Shown piece by piece: positions 47,504 to 56,876 of a stretch of 64,000 bases of DNA. Within the stretch, counting starts at the first letter, position 1. Every line of letters starts with the position of its first letter. This DNA comes from Candidatus Thorarchaeota archaeon (GTDB lineage: Archaea; Asgardarchaeota; Thorarchaeia; Thorarchaeales; Thorarchaeaceae): positions 64,001-128,000 of the forward strand of contig JBHLQH010000006.1 of the NCBI GenBank assembly GCA_048884965.1, written 5' to 3'. The notes beneath the pieces were generated by a model. It ran no database searches and was not told the DNA's origin. It was given only the letters and a program-made list of their open reading frames with translations. The translations under genes were made by a program, and so were the position numbers.

Positions 47504-48175
47504 TTACCAACTCCTAGTCATTCGATATTCCATAAGCTTCTCTGCAGTAGAATCTACCCTATAGGTCAGATCAAGCAATACAAAGTAGACAAGTATGATT
47601 GCCACCATAGCTACCATCAATGTTATTCCATGCTCGAATCCCATTTGCAGTCCTCCGGGAGTGATCACGATTGGATGCAATGTATTCCAGATATGGATAG
47701 ACAGATAGCTAAGTACTACTGCTGGGAATGCCACTATACTAAATATAGACCCATATTGCGCTCGCACCTCGCGGTCATTCACAGAGGCTCGATAGACAAG
47801 CAGACATGCATATGCAATCCAAAGGATTAGTGTAGTTGTCTCTCGCGGATCCCAATTCCATGGAACACCCCAGGTGACTTCAGCCCACTGCATTCCACTT
47901 AGCAAAGTGATGGTCGTGAAAAGCAATCCCAACTTGATTGATGCCCCGCCAAGCACATCATATCTGATATCTTGTTTCCATAGGTACATGACACCGCAAA
48001 ATAGAGTTATTCCAAAGGCCATGTAGGCGGTCAAAGCGGGTGCAACATGCTGGAAGAAAATCCTGATAGATTCACCAAGCGTTGCCTCGGGAGGTGCATA
48101 GATCCAAGTCATATAGATGTACAGCACACCGATTGCTGCTGTGATGATGTACAGGATTATTCGAAGTAGTTTCAC
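47504..48175 (-). CDS. ccmC: Heme delivery protein CcmC
   Basis: IFFQHV, WGVPWNWDPRETT (WWD domain), WNTLHP. Confidence 0.93.
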   Translation of the reverse strand: MKLLRIILYIITAAIGVLYIYMTWIYAPPEATLGESIRIFFQHVAPALTAYMAFGITLFCGVMYLWKQDIRYDVLGGASIKLGLLFTTITLLSGMQWAEVTWGVPWNWDPRETTTLILWIAYACLLVYRASVNDREVRAQYGSIFSIVAFPAVVLSYLSIHIWNTLHPIVITPGGLQMGFEHGITLMVAMVAIILVYFVLLDLTYRVDSTAEKLMEYRMTRSW

Positions 48176-48244
48176 AAAGTCACTTCCCTTTGAATGTCCA
48201 AGTTGGATTAGCTACAAATATGAAGCTTTCGCTCAAATATCATT

Positions 48245-48919
48245 TCATGATGTGAGCGCGTAATGAAAGATAGCCGCCGATATGGTTACCATTGCAAAGA
48301 GATGAACGGCCAAGAGTTGCAATAGGTAACTAAGTGCGATGATTCCCGGTCCCATAACTAATCCTCTTGTCAATTCTACAAGTAAAATTAGAGCAGAGGT
48401 TGCAGTTGGAAAATAGACCAAGGGGAATATGGTCGCCTTGGACTCAGATGGCATGGTAAGCGCTGAAGCCATTGAGCCCACTGCAGCCAGATCAAGAGTA
48501 CCAATGATGAAAGTAGCAAAGAATAGGGGGTCTGTGATATTGAATGAGAATCCGAACAGAACCATCATCATGGGGATAAGGAAAACCTCAACGGCACCCA
48601 TGATGAAGAATCCATAGATGACCTTTCCTAGATACACTGACCAAGCAGGAATTGGAGCAATTGATATGCCTCTCAAGGTTCCTGTTTCCACCTCTGATAG
48701 AAAGACTGGAGCGAAACCAAACATGCCTGTGAGAAATATGATGACCCAGACCATCGCGCTACCTATCTCAGGATCAACATCGCCTCCCATTCCAAAGGCG
48801 AGAGCAAGGACTGCTATGAGTGCGAAGAGGAACATGGCAAATATCTCGAATGGTTTTCTGAATTGCGTGAGAATGTCTTTCCTTGCAATGGTAAATGCCG
48901 CTCCTAATGCTGATGTCAT
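48245..48919 (-). CDS. ccmB: CcmB permease
   Basis: RKD..., F--EVETGTL-G----P...YLGK, 6 TM helices; position between ccmA and ccmC. Confidence 0.88.
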   Translation of the reverse strand: MTSALGAAFTIARKDILTQFRKPFEIFAMFLFALIAVLALAFGMGGDVDPEIGSAMVWVIIFLTGMFGFAPVFLSEVETGTLRGISIAPIPAWSVYLGKVIYGFFIMGAVEVFLIPMMMVLFGFSFNITDPLFFATFIIGTLDLAAVGSMASALTMPSESKATIFPLVYFPTATSALILLVELTRGLVMGPGIIALSYLLQLLAVHLFAMVTISAAIFHYALTS

Positions 48920-48928
48920 TTCTTCACC

Positions 48929-49609
48929 TCACAGTTTCCCGTCGAATTCAGAGATATCTCCCTGCCCCACAATCTCACCTTTTCGTAAGGTGATAAAGGA
49001 GTCACTAATCTTCGTCCCAAGTGCGATATTGTGAGTAGTAAGAATCGCGGTCTTATGAGATCGAGCTTGACCAAGGTATCCCGAAAAAATCTCAGTTGAC
49101 TCTATGTCGAGACCTGCATATGGTTCATCCAATAGTAGTAGATCTGGATTATGTAAGACGGTCCTGATTATATCAAATCTCTTTCTCAATCCAGTGGACA
49201 GGTTCTTCGTTGGCTCATCCAACCAACTTCTTACTCCAAATTGTGACGACAATTCCTCTGCCCTTTGCTCTATACTAATAGATTCCATTCCATAGAGTTT
49301 TCCGAAGAAATGCAAGTTCTCTCTTCCTGAGAGTTCCGGGTAGAGAAGAGGTTTGTCCCCAATGAGACCTAATCTACTTCGAATACTAATGGGATCATCC
49401 TCCGGATCGTGACCAAAGATTTTGATCATTCCTCCGTGAGGTCTGAGGAGGGTCGCGATGATACGCATGAGCGTGGTCTTTCCAGCACCGTTTGCTCCAA
49501 AAAGAGCGAGTATCCCTCCTTCTTTGATATCAAATGTGATCTTCTTAAGGGCAGTGCGGTAACCATACCGTCTGGTAAGGTCTTTCGCCTCAACGATTTT
49601 TACGCTCAT
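48929..49609 (-). CDS. ccmA: CcmA ABC ATPase
   Basis: GANGAGKTT, LSTG, LLLDEPY-GLD, TTH; directly upstream of ccmB. Confidence 0.88.
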   Translation of the reverse strand: MSVKIVEAKDLTRRYGYRTALKKITFDIKEGGILALFGANGAGKTTLMRIIATLLRPHGGMIKIFGHDPEDDPISIRSRLGLIGDKPLLYPELSGRENLHFFGKLYGMESISIEQRAEELSSQFGVRSWLDEPTKNLSTGLRKRFDIIRTVLHNPDLLLLDEPYAGLDIESTEIFSGYLGQARSHKTAILTTHNIALGTKISDSFITLRKGEIVGQGDISEFDGKL

Positions 49610-49690
49610 TATATCACCTTGAGTTCAAAATGATTTGGCAATCAGGTTTTCTTTTTAGTGTGACGGGTGGCCCATTTTGGGCCACATACA

Positions 49691-51430
49691 CTAGTGGAAT
49701 ATCTTTCTTCCGAGCCTTAAGAAAGGCCTTCCCATCGTTAGCATGAATGTAATGGGAACATAGTTTATTACTTCTAAGGCTGCCACACCGATTACAAGTC
49801 CAAGACCAAATCCAATGATAGCTCCTGCAAGATCTGTGACTGCAAGCCAACCAAGTCCATACGCTCCAAGGATGCCACTGAACCAAAGTCCTGCAAGCCA
49901 AAGCACAATTGGCACAGCTATACCTGCCACTAGCATGACAAGATAGTTGAACCTCATAGAGAGCTGCAACGGACCTGGGAATACCTTGTTGGGATTCATG
50001 ACCATCTTTGGATCCGTCTTCTTCTTCAGACGAGCCATTCCAGCATAGTCTGTCTTACCATAGAAGTTCCTTGAGTGTGCGACATTCCACATTCCTATGG
50101 AGTACGCTCTTCCTTTGTCCTTTAGTCCCAGTTCGATGAAGTCAAGAGACCTGTACCATCCCATCAAGAATGATATCTTCTTTCTCTCGTCATCCAAGAA
50201 CCAAGCTAGGACAGCGACTTCTCCTTGATCGGTAACAGCACCTTCCAGTGCATACTGCTCACCCTTGAAGTGCTTATCCACTCGTTCAATGAAGGATTGC
50301 ATATTCTTCAAAGGCACGTATACCTCTGAAGGAGCTAGGCTTGGTCCCAAACGTTTTATCCGCATAGGATAGAACCTTTCTGACCACTCATGTTGAGCGG
50401 CTTCCTGAGATTCAATCTGACCGAAGTTATCCTTGATGATTTTTCTAAAGATAATCTCTTCAGATTCAAGTTCTTGTGGTGGGCCTTCGAAAGCACACAA
50501 GAAGACCCAAGGATATGTGGAGTGTGTAGCCATATCGACATCAGTCAGCATATGATTGAAGCCTTCAGTGATGAAATGCAAATAGAATGGATGCGTTTCA
50601 TCCATCAGATCCTGCATCGCCCATATCATCTGCTCTTTGGTTCGAAATGATGCAACGAATGGTTTGATTTCGTAGAGGGGCATTACTTTTAGGACCACCT
50701 TCGTGATGACCCCCAAAGTTCCGTTACTATCAACGAAGAATGAAGTAAGATCTAGATTCTTTTCGCCAATCTCACTAAGTGCCCAAACGTACTCATCAGC
50801 ATCAGGGAAATACCTGTAATCCTGCTTGACATATTCTTCGATGAATTCATCAGGTGGATTACTTGTCCGAATAATCCTTCCATCCGGTAGAACTACTTCC
50901 AAGTCAACAACTTGGTCTCTCACTCCACCGTATTTAGTGCTTCCAATTCCAGTTCCTCCTGCGGCTACCCATCCTCCAACTGTGCTCGATGGAGCACTGG
51001 AAGGATAGGCTTTCACAGTGAGTCCTTGATCTTCTAAGTCTTCTAGGAGCTTTCCCCAGATGATGCCTGCTCCAACCTCGATAGTCATGTTGTCCATGTC
51101 AATGTTGTAAATCTCGTTCATTCTGGTCATTTCAATAGCTACACCAGCTTTGGTTGGGAGCGCACCACCATATCCGCTCGTTCCATGTCCTCGCGGGATT
51201 ACAGGTATCTTGTTTTTCAGACAATATTTGAGCAAGTTCGATACAATCTCTGAACTCATTGGCTGTGCAACTGCATCAACCTTTGTCTTCAGGATATCAT
51301 TAACTAGGCCAGGAAGGGCTCCAACATCATGTGAGTAGAGCTTTCTCATATACTCCTCTGAAGAGAAGAAATCCTCTCCTACTATATCTGCTAGTTCTTG
51401 GAGTTGTTTCTGTCGTAACATCCTTCTCAC
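49691..51430 (-). CDS. VAO/PCMH FAD-binding oxidoreductase, paralog 2, with C-terminal TM anchor
   Basis: PRGHGTSGYGGA, YPSSAPSSTVGGW, GTLGVIT, W-ERFYPMRIKRLGP, MNPNKVF, then 2 hydrophobic helices. Confidence 0.9.
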   Translation of the reverse strand: MRRMLRQKQLQELADIVGEDFFSSEEYMRKLYSHDVGALPGLVNDILKTKVDAVAQPMSSEIVSNLLKYCLKNKIPVIPRGHGTSGYGGALPTKAGVAIEMTRMNEIYNIDMDNMTIEVGAGIIWGKLLEDLEDQGLTVKAYPSSAPSSTVGGWVAAGGTGIGSTKYGGVRDQVVDLEVVLPDGRIIRTSNPPDEFIEEYVKQDYRYFPDADEYVWALSEIGEKNLDLTSFFVDSNGTLGVITKVVLKVMPLYEIKPFVASFRTKEQMIWAMQDLMDETHPFYLHFITEGFNHMLTDVDMATHSTYPWVFLCAFEGPPQELESEEIIFRKIIKDNFGQIESQEAAQHEWSERFYPMRIKRLGPSLAPSEVYVPLKNMQSFIERVDKHFKGEQYALEGAVTDQGEVAVLAWFLDDERKKISFLMGWYRSLDFIELGLKDKGRAYSIGMWNVAHSRNFYGKTDYAGMARLKKKTDPKMVMNPNKVFPGPLQLSMRFNYLVMLVAGIAVPIVLWLAGLWFSGILGAYGLGWLAVTDLAGAIIGFGLGLVIGVAALEVINYVPITFMLTMGRPFLRLGRKIFH

Positions 51431-52615
51431 CTATCCTAACCTTAGTGCCTCTGCGACGATCTGAGTGAGGTCTTTGAACTCGATCTCTGATTTGCTTTGT
51501 TCAATCCCATCCATGAATGACATCATGCATGATGGGCATTCACTAACAAGAGCCGAGGCTCCAGTCTTTTCTGCAGCTTTAATTCTACGGGCTGAAACTC
51601 GAACTGACATCAATGGATTCGTACCCTTGAGGAGTCCTCCACCGCCGCAGCAATCAGCCTTGTTCCTGGTATGCTTCATCTCTCGCAATTCAAGTCCGGG
51701 AATGGCATTTAGTATCTCACGTGATTCATCGTAGATATCTTGATGCCGTCCAAGCTCGCAAGGGTCATGCCATGTGACGACATGTTGGTAATCCTGGGTG
51801 AACTTCAGCTTTCCTTCTCGAAGCATCCTGGCAAGGAATTGAGAGAATGGAAGGAACTCAATGCCCTTGGTAGATTCTTCTCCAAGGAGATGAGGATACT
51901 CCTCATTGAATGCTCGGTGACATCCCGGACAGTTGAAGATGACCGTCTTGACACCTAGCTCTCTCAATTTGTCAAGGTGATGCTGAGCAAGTTCCTTGGC
52001 CTTGGCCCATTCACCACCAACAAAGTATGGATTTCCACAACAGTACTCATCTTCTCCGAGTATTGTGTAATCGATTCCTAGATGTTCCATTATCTTTGCT
52101 GTATTTTCCCCTATTGGAGCAAGTGTACCTTTGAAGGAGATATTGCAGCCTGCGAAATAGGCAACTTCGGCTTTCTGCCCAATCTTATCTTCGACTAAAT
52201 CGTCAACCATGTCTGTCCAGAGAGTTCGATCCTCTTGGTCAAGGTCCATGATGTTCTTACTACCTTGAATTGAGTTGTCAAGGAATTTGACGATCTCAGG
52301 CCAGTGGCCCACTTCATTGATCTCCTGTCTTATTTTCTGCCAGAAAGTAAGTAGAGGTATATTGGTCTGGCATATCTCTTGACAGGCACCGCATAAGGTA
52401 CATTTGAAGATTCTATCTGCAAAGTCCTCTGGAATAGGTTCATTTTTCAATATGAGTTCCCGAAGCTGATAGAGCTTGCCTCGAGGGGACTGTGAATCCC
52501 ATAGCGTATCATTATACGCTGGGCAAACGAATGTACAGAACCCACATCTTGCGCATACAAGCGGCTCTACATCAAGAGCTGCCTTCCGTAGTTTTTCGAA
52601 TGTCTTGGTTCCCAT
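51431..52615 (-). CDS. HdrD/GlpC-like Fe-S protein (CCG), paralog 2
   Basis: CARCGFCTFVCP, CTLCGACQEIC; YCCG/NCPGC; HDPC/DCCG/ECPSC. Confidence 0.92.
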   Translation of the reverse strand: MGTKTFEKLRKAALDVEPLVCARCGFCTFVCPAYNDTLWDSQSPRGKLYQLRELILKNEPIPEDFADRIFKCTLCGACQEICQTNIPLLTFWQKIRQEINEVGHWPEIVKFLDNSIQGSKNIMDLDQEDRTLWTDMVDDLVEDKIGQKAEVAYFAGCNISFKGTLAPIGENTAKIMEHLGIDYTILGEDEYCCGNPYFVGGEWAKAKELAQHHLDKLRELGVKTVIFNCPGCHRAFNEEYPHLLGEESTKGIEFLPFSQFLARMLREGKLKFTQDYQHVVTWHDPCELGRHQDIYDESREILNAIPGLELREMKHTRNKADCCGGGGLLKGTNPLMSVRVSARRIKAAEKTGASALVSECPSCMMSFMDGIEQSKSEIEFKDLTQIVAEALRLG

Positions 52616-52628
52616 TGTAATCCTCCTC

Positions 52629-53126
52629 TTATGGCCATGGAAGTCCTAACCAATCAAGTATTGGCTCCAAGATTGATGTATTGTAAACTGCTATACCACC
52701 CATTGCACCCATCAGGATCATGAGTGCGCCACCGACTACAACTAGAATTCCGTAGATGAGGAACCCTGATGTAGTATCCCAGACCTTATCACCTAGTTTT
52801 GCTCGTACGATGACTAGAAAAACATAGATTTGAGTAGTGATGGCTGAAAAGAGGATCTTGAATCTCATGTAGGGGTCGAGAACTAGTGCTTCTACTGGCC
52901 AATCAAGAAAGCCTGTGAACATCGCTGCTACCAGTCCAAGCAAACCAATGATATTTCCCCAGAAGATAAAGACATCAAACTCATGAAAGATTCTTGACAT
53001 CCTTGTCCCAGGGGTCTTGATGGCCTCTCTGAATACAAGTCTAAATAATAGATTGAAAAGACCTAGCGCTGCACAAGCTGCTAGAATTCCTGTGTGGAAG
53101 TGAACGAAAACCGGATGTAATGCCAT
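52629..53126 (-). CDS. DUF2231-like 4-TM membrane protein (possible b-heme binder)
   Basis: N-terminal LHPVFVHFH and TGFLDW motifs; 4 TM helices. Confidence 0.65.
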   Translation of the reverse strand: MALHPVFVHFHTGILAACAALGLFNLLFRLVFREAIKTPGTRMSRIFHEFDVFIFWGNIIGLLGLVAAMFTGFLDWPVEALVLDPYMRFKILFSAITTQIYVFLVIVRAKLGDKVWDTTSGFLIYGILVVVGGALMILMGAMGGIAVYNTSILEPILDWLGLPWP

Positions 53127-53136
53127 TTCTTGTCAC

Positions 53137-53754
53137 CTACCTCTGCGTCCTCTTGCACATCACGACACCAAAGATCACTAGCATGACTGCGACTATTGGA
53201 TTAAGCGTGTACATCAAGAATGTCCAAAGCTCTACTCGTTCCTGCTCAGGATCCACTGTGGTTGTAGTAGTAGTTGATGTAGGGGGAGTAAATGTTGTAT
53301 CAGTATTCTCCTCTACGGTGATACTGACCTCTACACTAGCGGAAAGTTGCTCTCCTGCTGCAACCCAAACCTTGATTGTGAAGGTGCCAGCTGCAAGAGG
53401 TGTAATCGATATCTCTGCGCTGATCTCGCCCGGATTTGAGTCGTCATCACCAGTACCGTCATCTTCTACCTGTGTAAGTGAGAACAAGAACTGATCATTG
53501 TCAGCCCAAGCGCTTACAATCTTCAGGTCGGCAACTCCGTTTCCTCCATCAAAAATGAGGGTAAATGGAACGCCTACTGTTGCATCTACTGTTCCTGTCG
53601 CATTCGATGAAAGCGTCAGGACACTTTGATTTGTGTGACAGTCACCGCACTCAGTGTTGCTTGTTGGAAAGCCGAGTGCCTGTGTTCCGCCAGCCACAAT
53701 GATTGCTAGAAAGCAAGTTACAAGTAACAACTTTTTCGCAAGCTTTGGTTTCAA
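53137..53754 (-). CDS. Membrane-anchored monoheme c-type protein with beta-sandwich domain
   Basis: Signal peptide, CGDCH just after the cleavage region, beta-rich domain, Thr-rich stalk, C-terminal TM. Confidence 0.75.
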   Translation of the reverse strand: MKPKLAKKLLLVTCFLAIIVAGGTQALGFPTSNTECGDCHTNQSVLTLSSNATGTVDATVGVPFTLIFDGGNGVADLKIVSAWADNDQFLFSLTQVEDDGTGDDDSNPGEISAEISITPLAAGTFTIKVWVAAGEQLSASVEVSITVEENTDTTFTPPTSTTTTTTVDPEQERVELWTFLMYTLNPIVAVMLVIFGVVMCKRTQR

Positions 53755-53881
53755 ATTGGGAACTCCTTTTCTTTCTAAACAATGTTAACCTCACAAAATA
53801 GTGAGCGATAACTCAGTTTTGTTTTCAGCTGGAAATTATATTTGGGTATTTTAGTGTGTTGGTACAGAAATGTTTTTGCTA

Positions 53882-55591
53882 CTACCTTCTAAAAAGGTGT
53901 CTGATTATTCGTAAAGCTGGAATACCGATCCGCAATGCTTGTCGGAGTGTCAATGATTTCATGAAGATAAACCCGAAAACGCCTCCAACCAATGAGATGA
54001 GGAATGCTGGAGGTATATTGGAATCTCCTGACCAAAGTAGTATATCGAGGAATTCGAAGCCTGGAATTATTGGTGCAACTATTTGGGCCGCGATTGCAGC
54101 CAAGTATCCAAGAATGAACCCGAGACTAAGTGATTTGTTTTTGGCTACAACTCTTCCACCAAAGACCTTCAAAGGATTCATCAGGTTCCTTGGGTCGATT
54201 TGAGACTTGATTTTCTTTAAAGCTGCTTTTTGCTTTTTCCCATAGAATTCATCTGCATAGGGTACATTCCATAGGGCGACAGCGTAAGGCAAGCCATCGA
54301 ATTTTGCTGCGGTTGATGCCACATCAAAGGACCTATGCCATCCAAGGGTGTATGAGAGTTTCTTCCTTTCATCATCCAGAATCCATACAAGGAATGAAGT
54401 TGTTTTGTCATTGCTAACGGTGCCCTCTATCGCAATGGCCTCCATTCCTATCGAGTCGACTATCTTCTTATGGAGCCCAGGAAGCTGATTAATGGGAATA
54501 ATAACCTCTGCAGGTACCAAGCTAGGTCCCAGCGTTTTGATACGGAGAGGATAGAGTCTTTCATCCCAATGGTACTGAGCCCGCTTTTCACCTGTTATCC
54601 CACCCTTATGAGCTTCGACGATTCTCTTTACCATATCAAGGTCCTCATCTATCTGATAGAATGTATCAAGGAATGCACATGTAAGAATGAATTTGCCATA
54701 CTCATCGATAGAGCTCCTGGGAGAAAACCTTTTTGTTGTATATGTATCGGTAATAAAACGCATATAGTATGGCTGGGTTTCTTTGCTGAGGTCTATGATT
54801 GCACATGTGAGACTTTCTATATCATCGAATATGCATACCACTGTTCTAAGTACTAATTTTGGAATCACTCTTAGAGTGATACGAGTAATGATACCAAATG
54901 TGCCAAACAATCCGAGAAAGAGGTCCATTGGCTCAGGTTTCTCATCTTCGGGCAGTTTTTGAAGTACCTCTTGAAGGTACTTGTTCCCTTGGTCTGCAAT
55001 ATTCTCAAGGCCATCGTTTTCTCTTAATGCGAACTCTCCGAGTCTCACTAGCATACCATTGGGAATGACTCCTTCTATGCCTGCAACTTGGGTTCTAATA
55101 TCCCCATATCTCGCTGATCCAATACCCACACCTCCACTGGCTGCAAAACCTCCAATCGTTGCAGCTGAAGCGCTTGAGGGATAGACCGGAAGAGTAAGCC
55201 CAATTTGCTCCAAGAAAACCAAGAGTTCTTTCCATGTCATCCCAGCTTCGACTGTGACAAGCATTCTATACTCATCGATATGAACGAATTTCGACATATG
55301 CAATGTGCTTATGCAAATTCCACCATGAGTTGGTAGAGCGCCTCCCCATCCGGATGTTCCACTTCCTCGGGGTACTATAGGAATTCTATGTTCAAAGGCG
55401 TATTTGACAAGTTTCGTAAGTGAGCTGATTGTTTGCGGTTGAGTGATAATCTTGAATTGATTGTCAATAATCTGGAATGCCAAGCTCGGAAGAGCTGCGA
55501 TGTCACGTGAATACAGCCTTGTTGTTTCCTCTTGGACTGATACATTATCAGCTCCGACAATGTCTTCGATATTTTGGAGGTGTGCTTTCAT
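53882..55591 (-). CDS. VAO/PCMH FAD-binding oxidoreductase, paralog 3, with C-terminal TM anchor
   Basis: PRGSGTSGWGGA, YPSSASAATIGGF, GTFGIIT, WDERLYPLRIKTLGP, MNPLKVF, then hydrophobic helices. Confidence 0.9.
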   Translation of the reverse strand: MKAHLQNIEDIVGADNVSVQEETTRLYSRDIAALPSLAFQIIDNQFKIITQPQTISSLTKLVKYAFEHRIPIVPRGSGTSGWGGALPTHGGICISTLHMSKFVHIDEYRMLVTVEAGMTWKELLVFLEQIGLTLPVYPSSASAATIGGFAASGGVGIGSARYGDIRTQVAGIEGVIPNGMLVRLGEFALRENDGLENIADQGNKYLQEVLQKLPEDEKPEPMDLFLGLFGTFGIITRITLRVIPKLVLRTVVCIFDDIESLTCAIIDLSKETQPYYMRFITDTYTTKRFSPRSSIDEYGKFILTCAFLDTFYQIDEDLDMVKRIVEAHKGGITGEKRAQYHWDERLYPLRIKTLGPSLVPAEVIIPINQLPGLHKKIVDSIGMEAIAIEGTVSNDKTTSFLVWILDDERKKLSYTLGWHRSFDVASTAAKFDGLPYAVALWNVPYADEFYGKKQKAALKKIKSQIDPRNLMNPLKVFGGRVVAKNKSLSLGFILGYLAAIAAQIVAPIIPGFEFLDILLWSGDSNIPPAFLISLVGGVFGFIFMKSLTLRQALRIGIPALRIIRHLFRR

Positions 55592-56784
55592 TTCTCCTCC
55601 CCCATCTTCTTTTCTTCCAAGGATTCAGCGACTAGCTCAGTAATGTCTTGCACTTGGAGAGAATAATGCATTGTTTGCGTCGCGGTATCTAGAGCTTGAA
55701 CACATCTTGGGCATTCAGTAACTAATCTTGAGGCTGGAGTAACTGATGCATCCCTGAGACGCATCTCTGCAATCTGGGATGATAGGAAGGGGTCTGCAAT
55801 ATTTAACATCCCGTGCCATCCGCAGCATCTGGTTTCTTTCCCAGAATGAGCCATCTCTACTTTATAGACCCCTGGTATCCGATCAATTATTTCTCTTGGT
55901 TGATTATGAATGTTTAACCTTCGAGCTGATATACAAGGATCATGATATGTTACAGTAACCATCGGCTGTTCTCTCAATCTCAGCAAGTTCTTCTCTATCA
56001 ACGATCGGATGAATTGTGATGAGGTCAATAATTTGAATTTGTTAGTAATTGGTTCGCCGAGAATACCAGAGTATGTATTGTACCAAGTACTAATGCATGA
56101 TGGACAGCTGAACACGACCTTTTCTATTCCAAGCTCTTCCAGGAGTGAGATGTTCTTTTCTGCTATGAGCGGAGCATTCTCTCTATCTCCACCCCATAAT
56201 AATGGAGCACCACAGCATCCTTCCCTCTTCCCTAGTAATGTATAATCCACCCCCGAATGCTCCAAAATCTTGACCATAGAACGAGCAATCCCTCCCAGTT
56301 GTGGTTTAAGAGAAACATCACATCCAAGTAGGTATGCTGTTTTTGATGGAGCTTCTATTCGTGAAGACACATCGATCTCAAAATTATCAGTCCATTCCAT
56401 TCGTGCCACAGAGCCCATTGCAAAGGGGTCTCCATATTTAACAACGGATTCACAAGCGAATTTGACTGAAGGAGGAATCATTCCTCTTTCCCACGCTTCA
56501 GCTCTAGCGAATTCCCAGAATCTATCCAAGCTTAGGCTTGTAGTGCATACATGTGAGCAATACTCGCAGAGGGAGCACATGAAGAGCTTCCTCACATACT
56601 CCTCATCAAGGTCTGCCTTTCCCTCCATGATATCCTTGGTCACTTGGATTCTTCCTCGAGGACCGTAGGATTCCCACTTCAATTGGCGAAAAGTGGGGCA
56701 CACCATCGTGCAGTTGCCACATGATGCACAGATATACGGATCCTCTCCATGACCCATGGCATCAATAATTCTAAGCCGTGACAT
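55588..56784 (-). CDS. HdrD/GlpC-like Fe-S protein (CCG), paralog 3
   Basis: CASCGNCTMVCP, CSLCEYCSHVC; GCCG/SCPSC; HDPC/RCCG/ECPRC. Confidence 0.92.
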   Translation of the reverse strand: MSRLRIIDAMGHGEDPYICASCGNCTMVCPTFRQLKWESYGPRGRIQVTKDIMEGKADLDEEYVRKLFMCSLCEYCSHVCTTSLSLDRFWEFARAEAWERGMIPPSVKFACESVVKYGDPFAMGSVARMEWTDNFEIDVSSRIEAPSKTAYLLGCDVSLKPQLGGIARSMVKILEHSGVDYTLLGKREGCCGAPLLWGGDRENAPLIAEKNISLLEELGIEKVVFSCPSCISTWYNTYSGILGEPITNKFKLLTSSQFIRSLIEKNLLRLREQPMVTVTYHDPCISARRLNIHNQPREIIDRIPGVYKVEMAHSGKETRCCGWHGMLNIADPFLSSQIAEMRLRDASVTPASRLVTECPRCVQALDTATQTMHYSLQVQDITELVAESLEEKKMGEEK

Positions 56785-56827
56785 ATCTGAACCTCAAAGT
56801 ATCTGACAAAATTCCAAATAGAAGAGT

Positions 56828-56860
56828 GATGTCAGCGGCAGAATATTTGTCGCTGACATT
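56828..56860 (-). terminator. Intra-operon hairpin (terminator or stabiliser)
   Basis: ATGTCAGCG...CGCTGACAT 9-bp perfect core, extendable; T-rich sequence follows on the minus strand. Confidence 0.5.
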
Positions 56861-56876
56861 CTTAGTGTTTTGGTCT

